Virus record (IMG/VR): IMGVR_UViG_3300007863_000006
Span: 1-35,927 of that record
Direction: 5' to 3' (one strand)
Length of the DNA: 35,927 nt
Origin: a virus
Lineage: Duplodnaviria > Caudoviricetes
The translations under genes and the position numbers were made by a program. A model generated the notes under the pieces. The model saw nothing but the letters and a program-made list of their open reading frames with translations. It did not search any database and was not told the DNA's origin. Positions 25,747 through 34,300 of the stretch are shown here, in pieces (position 1 is the first letter of the stretch; every line of letters begins with the position of its first letter).

Positions 25747-26819
25747 TGAAAAAAATATTATTACTATTATTATTACTTAGCTTTAATATACAAGCACAAA
25801 TACTTAATGATATATTTAAATATTCTACAGTATATGGTGCATATAGTCAAAGCAATTCAATACAAGCAGATAAAACGTTTTATGTTACTCAATTAAGTGA
25901 GTTAATAGAAACAACACAGAGAAACCCAGCAGATGAAATTAAAACATTTGGATTTAGAAAACTGGCACACTTTGGTTATGAAGATAAAGAAAGATTTTAT
26001 GATGGTGAAGAACAAAACAATTCTTTAAATTCTAATATAGGTAATGTTAAAGGCTTTGAATATTTGTTAGAATACCAAGAGGGTAAACAACAAGGCAGAG
26101 AATTTAAAAACAAACAATTATTTGTAAGATATTTAGCTAAATGGTGGCTTGTAAAAGCAGAATACAATAAAAATGAGTTAGTAGATATAGATTATAAATC
26201 TGCTGACTTACGCTTAAGAATACCAATAGTCAAAAAACTATCTTTAAGTATTGGTGCAGTATATAGAACTTATGACAAAGCCTATGGTCATAATCCGATA
26301 CAAAAGTATTTAGAAGAAAATGCTTGGTGGAATTTAAGCTATGATTACTTTAATCATACAGATCAAGCATATAGTTATGAAAATTTAAACACTGGACAAA
26401 CAGGCTATGATTATTTTTGGTATAACGCACAAGGAGAACTAATAAGCAATAGTGATTTAGATTATAGAAACAACATTTATGGACAATTAGTAAATCAATA
26501 TAATAAAGAACAACTATCGCAGATTGGTAATTTTGCAGATATATCTACAGCAATTGGTTTAGACTTTTATCATTACAGAAATAATCATTGGATTCACTTT
26601 TATGGCTCTATATTACCACATCACAAATTACTAAAAGGGGATGATAGATATTCCTATGGTAATTTTATAGAAAAAGACAATTGGATTGATTATAAATACG
26701 GAGGTGTATTTGGTGTAAAAATAAATAATAAACTAGGTTTGTTTAGTGAAATAACTATGCAAAAATATTGGGACAGAGAAATCAAAGTAATAAAAGCTGG
26801 TATTAACTTTAAATTATAA
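25746..26819 (+). CDS. Exported protein, probable outer-membrane beta-barrel
   Basis: Signal peptide MKKILLLLLLLSFNIQA|Q, many alternating amphipathic aromatic-rich strands, and terminal strand IKAGINFKL. Confidence 0.6.
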   Translation: MKKILLLLLLLSFNIQAQILNDIFKYSTVYGAYSQSNSIQADKTFYVTQLSELIETTQRNPADEIKTFGFRKLAHFGYEDKERFYDGEEQNNSLNSNIGNVKGFEYLLEYQEGKQQGREFKNKQLFVRYLAKWWLVKAEYNKNELVDIDYKSADLRLRIPIVKKLSLSIGAVYRTYDKAYGHNPIQKYLEENAWWNLSYDYFNHTDQAYSYENLNTGQTGYDYFWYNAQGELISNSDLDYRNNIYGQLVNQYNKEQLSQIGNFADISTAIGLDFYHYRNNHWIHFYGSILPHHKLLKGDDRYSYGNFIEKDNWIDYKYGGVFGVKINNKLGLFSEITMQKYWDREIKVIKAGINFKL

Positions 26820-26821
26820 TA

Positions 26822-27229
26822 ATGACTAAAAATTTTACAAAAGACGAATTCGATTCAAACTGTGGTTGTGAAATGCCTATTAATGTATATCATAATATTG
26901 TAAAAGTAGCTAACCAACTACAAGTATTACGCAACGAAATAAAAAAACCAATACACATAAATAGTGCTTATAGATCTGAATGTTGGAATGAAAAAATAGG
27001 TGGCGCACATAAAATAGATAAAAAAGGTAATAGAATTGAAACATCACAGCACGTATTTGGCAGAGCTGCTGATATTGTTATAAAAGGTATGCGTCCTGTA
27101 GAAGTAGCTGAAGTAATTGAAAGACTAATACAGAATGGAGATATGTTACAAGGTGGGTTAGGAATTTACGAAAAAAAAGGATTTGTACATTATGATATAA
27201 GAGGTACTAAAAACAGATGGAATGGCTAA
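26822..27229 (+). CDS. Endolysin, peptidase M15A family
   Basis: NF...EFD..CG, INSAYRS...N..IGGA, SQH..GRAADI, GGLGIY and FVHYD motifs. Confidence 0.92.
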   Translation: MTKNFTKDEFDSNCGCEMPINVYHNIVKVANQLQVLRNEIKKPIHINSAYRSECWNEKIGGAHKIDKKGNRIETSQHVFGRAADIVIKGMRPVEVAEVIERLIQNGDMLQGGLGIYEKKGFVHYDIRGTKNRWNG

Positions 27230-27650
27230 AAAATTATTTAAAGACACAAAGATTGGAAAATTTTTATCAGCAAATGGTTCTGGTATAGTAAATTCTTTAG
27301 GTGATGTATTACCTAATAATGGTATCTTTGGTTTAGTAAAAAATCTTATAGATAAAGACGACAAAATGCCAAAAGAAGATAAAGAAAAGGCTATGAAATT
27401 ATTAGAAATGGAAATGACAGAAATGCAAGAAATTAGTAATAGATGGTCAGCAGATATGTCAGCGTCAGGAACTTTCTTATCAAAAAATGTACGACCTATA
27501 ACATTAATGTTTTTTTCTGTAAGTTATGTAATTGGATGGTATTTAAATTATGAGTTAGACTCTATTACTGGTTTAGTTTCACTAATTGTAGGTTCATATT
27601 TCGGAAGTCGTGGTGTAGAAAAAATAATGGGTAATAACAAGCATAAATAA
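27222..27650 (+). CDS. Putative holin (GTA 3TM-holin-like)
   Basis: RWSADM.....LSKNVRP followed by hydrophobic helices and YFGSRGVEK. Adjacent to the endolysin. Confidence 0.72.
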   Translation: MAKKLFKDTKIGKFLSANGSGIVNSLGDVLPNNGIFGLVKNLIDKDDKMPKEDKEKAMKLLEMEMTEMQEISNRWSADMSASGTFLSKNVRPITLMFFSVSYVIGWYLNYELDSITGLVSLIVGSYFGSRGVEKIMGNNKHK

Positions 27651-27790
27651 TGGCAAGAAATCAGGCACAATTTATTAAATTAGATAAACCAAAAAAAAAA
27701 CGTAAAGGGGTTCATTCAAAGTGTAAATCTTCGAATTATAAAGGTTCTAAGAATTACAAAAAAAAATATAAAGGACAAGGCAAAAAATAA
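27650..27790 (+). CDS. Very basic small protein, 46 aa (not in the ORF track)
   Basis: MARNQAQFIKLDKPKKKRKGVHSKCKSSNYKGSKNYKKKYKGQGKK*, TAATG-coupled to the holin gene. Confidence 0.7.
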   Translation: MARNQAQFIKLDKPKKKRKGVHSKCKSSNYKGSKNYKKKYKGQGKK

Positions 27791-27792
27791 AT

Positions 27793-30609
27793 ATGGCTAC
27801 ATTATTCGGAACTAAAATACAGGACACTTATGACGGACTCTTAAAAGTTACCGATAACATAGGTATTACTGGTACTAAAAAATTTATTACTGATGGTCTA
27901 GGGGTCAATTCTAGTGTAAAAATATCTAGTTTAGATTTTGAAGTAGCTAACTTTTTTTTTATAGACGTTTTAAGTGGTCAAGACCCATCCAATTATAAAG
28001 TAGGTATAAACACATCATCGCCAACACAAATGTTACACGTTGTTGGTAATATGCGTTTAACAGGTGCTTTTTATGACTCTAACAATGTTACAGGTACGTC
28101 AGGACAAATATTAAGTTCAACTGCATCTGGTACTGATTGGGTAGATATAACTGCTATACAAACATTAAGTGGTTCTGGTACAGCAAATTATTTAACTAAA
28201 TGGACTAATACTACTGTTCTTGGTAATAGTATATTATACGAAACTAGTTCTAAAATAGGAATAGGTACAACATCGCCTACTGAAAAATTACACGTTAATG
28301 GTAATTTAGCTTTACAAGGGCAAATAAACTTAATGGTAGTAAATGAAATATATGGTATTATAAAACCAGAGTTTGCTAAAATTAATTATTATTTAGATGA
28401 TGGCGCTACTACTACAGGCACACCTACTATTACAATGTCTGGTGACGGTCATTCGAGATTAGGTATTGGTGTTGCTAGTCCTAGTGAAGCATTACACGTT
28501 ATTGGTGATGCACTTATAACAGGTGATTCACACGCTGATGCGTTTAAACCAGCAGTAACAGCTAATGCTATAAAATTTAAAAATTTTGCTAGTACAGAAT
28601 TAATGCGTATTACTGACACTGGTTTAGTTGGTATTGCTAATAACAGTCCATCTTATACATTAGATGTAACAGGTACAGCTAGAGTTTCTGGCGACACATA
28701 TTTTGTAACACAAGCTAATAGTGATGATAGTAATAAAGTTGCTACAACAGCTTATGTTAAAAACTTGATAGAAGAAATACCAGCAGGTTTAATTTTTCAA
28801 GGCACTTGGGATGCACTTAATAATACGCCTACTTTAGCAAGTGGCACAGGTACAACAGGGCATTTCTATATAGTATCAACTGATGGCTCTACTAACTTAG
28901 ATGGTATAACAGATTGGAAGGTAGGCGATTGGGCAGTTTTTGTAGAGCAAGGAGTAACAGATCAATGGGAAAAAATTGATAACTCTTCTGTATTAGATGG
29001 ATTTGGCACAGGTGGGACTATAACTGCGTGGGCTGGGTCTGGTACTTCAAATACTTTAACTAACTCTCCTATAACTTTTTCAGGTAATGATGTATCTTTT
29101 GCAGGGGACATTACTGTATCAGGCAATCAATTTTTTAATGGTGAGTTTATTGAAGGTGACGGAAAAGAAATGTTTAGATACACCGATGGCTGGCTTAGAA
29201 TAAATGAAGATAATGATTTTGGAAGTGGTATATATTGTGGAACTGGTTTATTAAGAACTGATGGTGAATTTCAAGTAGGAGGTAGTGGGCAATATGCTAA
29301 AATTACATCTACAGGTGCTGCAACTTTTGCAGGTGACATTACTAGCGCTGGCTTAACAGTTGACTATACAGGTAATCGTACTGGTGATGCTGGTATTTTA
29401 GTAACTAACGACAATAGTGATTGGGGTATAAAAGTAGATAAAGACGGTACAACTGACTACGGTATCTTATCGCAAACAGATGGTGAAAATGCAATAGTTG
29501 TAAGAAATGCAGCTGGTGTTAATAAGATACAGCTACAAGGTGATGGTGACGCAACTTTTGCAGGTGATATAACTTTAGGTGATGATTTAAATTTTACTAC
29601 AAATGGCTTTGCAGATATATCAAATACTGGTACGGGCGCTATGCGATTTAAACCAAGCAGTCAAACACTTGCTTTAACTTTGACAGGCGCTAACGCAACT
29701 TTTGCAGGTTCAGTAGGAATAGCTGCAGCACCATTACAATCTAAATTGGATATATTAAATAATGGAGATTATGATTCTCATACTGGACACGCATTAGCAA
29801 TAAATTCAAACGCATCTAACGCTTATACATCTATGTATATGGGTGCTGATGATAGTGTTGATGCTGCATATATACAATCAGCAGGAAGAAACACATCTTT
29901 TACAAGTAAGAAATTACTATTAAATCCAAATGGAGGAAATGTAGGAATTGGACTAACAAATCCACAAGCTCCGTTGTCATTTGCTAAGTTAGTTGGTCCT
30001 AAAATAGATTTTTACCACAATACAGTTAATAGTGATAGATATGGTATAGAAGTACAAAGTAGTGAACTAAGAATACACAGTGGTGCGCAAGGAAACAGCA
30101 CTGGTGGTATTACATTTGGTAAAAAAACAACAAGTACTTTTACTGAAGCAATGCGTATTACCAATGCAGGCTCTGTGGGAATTGGAACAACTAGTCCTAA
30201 TACAAAATTACAAGTCTATGGAACTTCCGCAGTCCCATCGGTTAGTGGAACTTTGCAAGGAGGTATTTTTTCTATAAAAGGAAGCTCAACGGTCTTACTT
30301 GATATGGGTACTACAGGTTCTCCAGGATATTATACTTGGATGCAGGCTCACGATGCAGGTAATGGTGTAAATTATAAATTAGCTATTAATCCACTTGGCG
30401 GAAATGTCGGAGTTGGGAATGCTAATCCTCAATCAAAACTACACGTTGCTGGTGGTATTCAAATGGCTAATGACACAGATACAGCTTCAGCTAGTAAAGT
30501 AGGCACACTAAAATATTACACGTCAGGAAATAACTCTTATGTTGATATGTGTATGCAAACAGGCGCAACAACATACGAATGGATTAATATAGTACAAAAT
30601 AATTGGTAA
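27793..30609 (+). CDS. Tail fibre protein 1 (proximal fibre, 938 aa)
   Basis: Gly/Thr/Ser-rich with about 7 degenerate VGIGTTSP motifs, ATFAG repeats and KVATTAYV. No S74 domain. Confidence 0.85.
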   Translation: MATLFGTKIQDTYDGLLKVTDNIGITGTKKFITDGLGVNSSVKISSLDFEVANFFFIDVLSGQDPSNYKVGINTSSPTQMLHVVGNMRLTGAFYDSNNVTGTSGQILSSTASGTDWVDITAIQTLSGSGTANYLTKWTNTTVLGNSILYETSSKIGIGTTSPTEKLHVNGNLALQGQINLMVVNEIYGIIKPEFAKINYYLDDGATTTGTPTITMSGDGHSRLGIGVASPSEALHVIGDALITGDSHADAFKPAVTANAIKFKNFASTELMRITDTGLVGIANNSPSYTLDVTGTARVSGDTYFVTQANSDDSNKVATTAYVKNLIEEIPAGLIFQGTWDALNNTPTLASGTGTTGHFYIVSTDGSTNLDGITDWKVGDWAVFVEQGVTDQWEKIDNSSVLDGFGTGGTITAWAGSGTSNTLTNSPITFSGNDVSFAGDITVSGNQFFNGEFIEGDGKEMFRYTDGWLRINEDNDFGSGIYCGTGLLRTDGEFQVGGSGQYAKITSTGAATFAGDITSAGLTVDYTGNRTGDAGILVTNDNSDWGIKVDKDGTTDYGILSQTDGENAIVVRNAAGVNKIQLQGDGDATFAGDITLGDDLNFTTNGFADISNTGTGAMRFKPSSQTLALTLTGANATFAGSVGIAAAPLQSKLDILNNGDYDSHTGHALAINSNASNAYTSMYMGADDSVDAAYIQSAGRNTSFTSKKLLLNPNGGNVGIGLTNPQAPLSFAKLVGPKIDFYHNTVNSDRYGIEVQSSELRIHSGAQGNSTGGITFGKKTTSTFTEAMRITNAGSVGIGTTSPNTKLQVYGTSAVPSVSGTLQGGIFSIKGSSTVLLDMGTTGSPGYYTWMQAHDAGNGVNYKLAINPLGGNVGVGNANPQSKLHVAGGIQMANDTDTASASKVGTLKYYTSGNNSYVDMCMQTGATTYEWINIVQNNW

Positions 30610-31391
30610 ATGAGTAAAAAATATACAACAAATTTTTTAGAAGATACAAATGGGTCAACTGGCGCATCTAATCAAGTTTTAATATCTACGCCTAGTGGTA
30701 TAGACTGGGTCGATGGCTCAGGGTCAAGTATTATAGGTGGTCCTTACTTACCACTTACAGCTGGTTCAACAAAACCTTTGACAGGTACTTTGTATGGAAC
30801 AAATACAAATTGGAGTGGTAGCGGAGATTACGCTGGCAGTATGACTTTAGGTACAGGAGCATCAACTGCTGAAGCTCATTTGACAATTGGGCAGGGAAGA
30901 ACAGACAATGGTTATTCATATATTGATTTAGTAGGAGACGCAACATATACAGATTTTGGTCTTAGAATAATTAGAAGTAACACAGGACCAAACACTACAT
31001 CAGGTATATATCATAGAGGTACAGGTAATTTAGAGATACAAGCTACAGATTCTGCTTCAATATTATTAAAAACTAACAACACGTTAGCATTAACTTTAGG
31101 TTCAAACCAAAACGCAACTTTTGCAGGAAATGTAGGAATAGGAGCAGCGCCAGTAGGAAACCCAGGTACTAAGTTTTTAGCTGTTGGTACAGCAGGTTCG
31201 GTAGCTGGTGGAATACAATTATGGGCAGCTAATAACCAAGCACATTATTTACAATTTGGAGATGCTAATAGTGGTGGTGAAGTTTATAGGGGTGGTATTG
31301 GTTATAATCACTTATCAGAAACTTTGTTATTTCTTCAAAATAGTTCTACTGCTTTAAGTTTTACAGGTAGTCAAGTAGCAACTTTTGCAGG
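29320..31391 (+). repeat. Five exact copies of the 14-mer GCAACTTTTGCAGG (ATFAG) at 29320, 29551, 29695, 31114 and 31378
   Basis: Read directly. The copies span both fibre genes, with partial copies near 29071 and 29092. Confidence 0.88.
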
Positions 31392-34300
31392 TGTTATAGG
31401 TGTAAATGGTTCTACAACTGCTAATGTACCTATTACTGCAACTACAACTTCTGGTTACGAAGATGTTGCTTATTTTAAATCATTAGGAACAAACATAGAT
31501 GCAAGGATTAATTTAATACCAACAGGAACTGGTGATGGGGTTGTAAACTCAACAGCTAATGGTTTAATATTACAAGCAAGTGGTGTTGATAGAGTTAATA
31601 TTACAAATGCAGGCAACGTCGGGATCGGGACAACTTCGCCTGTTGGTAAATTGAACGTTGCTCTACCTGCTGATAGTACTGGAAATGTTGCTAGTTGGAG
31701 TTCTAATCAAGTTGTATTTACTAGAGGGGGAACAAGTACTTCTCAAGGTTTAGGTTTTTCTGTACACGATGTAAATAACACCGCTACAATATCTTCTTTG
31801 ACTCCTGCGGTTACGTGGTCTGATTTAAATTATAGAGCAAAAAATCACGCTTTTTATAGTAATGGCGCTATCCTAGGCATATATCAGAACATATCCGGCA
31901 ACGTCGGGATTGGAACGACTAGTCCTAGCGCTAAGTTAGAAGTAGCAGGTGGAGCAGATTCTATAGTTAAAGTACTAGGAACAACCACAGCCGCAAGATT
32001 AGATTTACAGACTAATTCATATCATAAATTTATACAAACAATAGAGTCTAATGGTCGTTTTAGACTTTATAACCAAACAACAAGTTCAGAGCAATTAACA
32101 GTTTTAAACAACGGCAATGTCGGGATAGGGACGGCTACGCCTAGTCAGAAACTAGAAGTTAATGGTATTGCAAGAGCCGAAGCTGTTAACGTGTATGGAG
32201 CAGGAGATAGTTCTTCAACCTCTCCACAGATTTATAGTCCATCAACAGGGGCTTTTGCTATTAGTGGTAATGGTTCAGAAAGAATGCGTATCACCTCAGC
32301 TGGCAACGTTGGTATCGGGACGACTAGTCCTTCCCAAAAACTAAACGTTAACGGTAGTATTGGTTTACCATATACAGGGTACTTACTATCCACCACAGAT
32401 GTAGGAAATAAAATAGAATTACATAACGGAAGCGGTATAATGAATTTTTATACCAACGCGTCTCCTAGATTAAGTATAGCCTATGCCACAGGCAACGTCG
32501 GTATCGGAACGACTGGGCCAGTGAGTTTGTTACATATAAAAGGAGCTGACCCGGTATTTACAATACAAGATAGTTCTACTGGTACCGCTCAAGCAAGCTC
32601 AACTCTTCGTTTGGGGGAGTCTGGTTCAGGCGGTGTATTAGACGTTTATTGGGATATAAAGCAAGCATCTGACGCTGCAAACACTCACTTAGAAATAAAT
32701 CATAGTACAAGCGGAAACGCTCTAACTATATTAGATAATAAAAACGTCGGAATCGGGACGGATAGTCCTGCCACGAAATTACAAGTAAACAGTGGATCTG
32801 TTACCGCCTCTGCGCAGTTTACTGGAACATCATCGAATTCCGAAGTATTTATAGGTACTAGTGGAGTACAATCTGGGTATGTTAATTTAGTATTTTATAG
32901 TAATAGTGGTAACGCTCAAATCTGGAAAAGTGGAACTGGTTACTCAGGTTATGGTGGTACTAGCGCTTTAAATATTTATAATAGTAACGGTAAGATAGCA
33001 TTCCATCCTGCTGGCAATGCTAATGCAATGCTTATTGATACTAACAGCAACGTCGGGATAGGGACGACTGGGCCTGCAACTAAATTAGAAGTATCGTCTA
33101 GTTTAACAAGTGGAATTAAAGTTACAAATTCAGGTACTATTAATGGCGAAGCGGGTATTGAAGCATACCACACTGGGGCGCAAGCCGGCACTGCTTATGC
33201 AGGGTATATAACTAAAACAGGAGCTGGGGGTACCAATGTTGGAATTTATACAGCCGCGAGCGGCGCTACAAATAATTACGGATTAATTGTTGGTTCTGGA
33301 AACGTCGGTATTGGAGATACAACTCCTACAAGTAAACTTACTATTTTAGGAACAAGCACTGCTGCTTCTAACACGCCTTCTGATGCTATTGTTGATATAC
33401 ACGGAACTTCAACTGCTCATTTACTTATGGGAGTTGCTAATGTTTCTCCTTATGGTGCGTGGATAAATACTGACGCAACTGGTCAACCGCTTATTTTACA
33501 GGGCGTAGGCGGCAACGTCGGGATTGGGGCGACTTCGCCTGATGGTAACTTAGAAGTTGTCACTAGCGCAATTGTTAGTGGAGCGTCAGATACTGTAAAC
33601 AATGTTCTTATAGGTTTACAAGCGGCAAACAGACCTACTATTATATTAGATACGGCAGATACTACATATACAAATAGAACTTGGAATATAACAAACGTTG
33701 GTTCTGCAGGTAAATTATTTATTGGCAGAAATGGACTTGATGTTATGGTAATGGACAATAGCGGCAACGTCGGTATTGGGACGGCTAGTCCTGCTGTTAA
33801 ACTACAAGTTGCAAATGCTGGTGAAGTAATAGTTAGATCTTCAATGACAGCTGCTGATGGTTATAGAGGTGGTTTTGAAGCTGACAACCAACATACTGGA
33901 GGTACTATTTGGTCAATGTTTTCGACTAATGATAGTGATGGTTATTTTGGTGGTGGAAAATATGTTATAGCTAATGAATCTATGGGTGGTGTTGATGCTA
34001 ACACTACTGCTAAATTTGTTATTGATGGTAGTGGAAAAGTCGGGATCGGGACTACTTCGCCGGCTGTAAAACTTCACGTTGTTGATACTACTACTTTAGT
34101 TGGTGCTTTTGTAAGTAACAATACAACAAGAACAGAGTTAGCTATAGATAATACATCAACAAATAATGTTAGATTAGGTTTAAAAGCAACACCTAGCGGT
34201 GCAATTATAGACAGTACAAATCACTATGGAAGTAATGTACAGCCTTTAATATTTCAATTGAGTGCATCAGAAAAAATGCGTATTACAAGTGGCGGCAACG

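Noticed and set aside
33500-33540. G-quadruplex role for the G-rich linkers
   Set aside because: Most copies have at most two GGG runs, too few for a canonical intramolecular G4.
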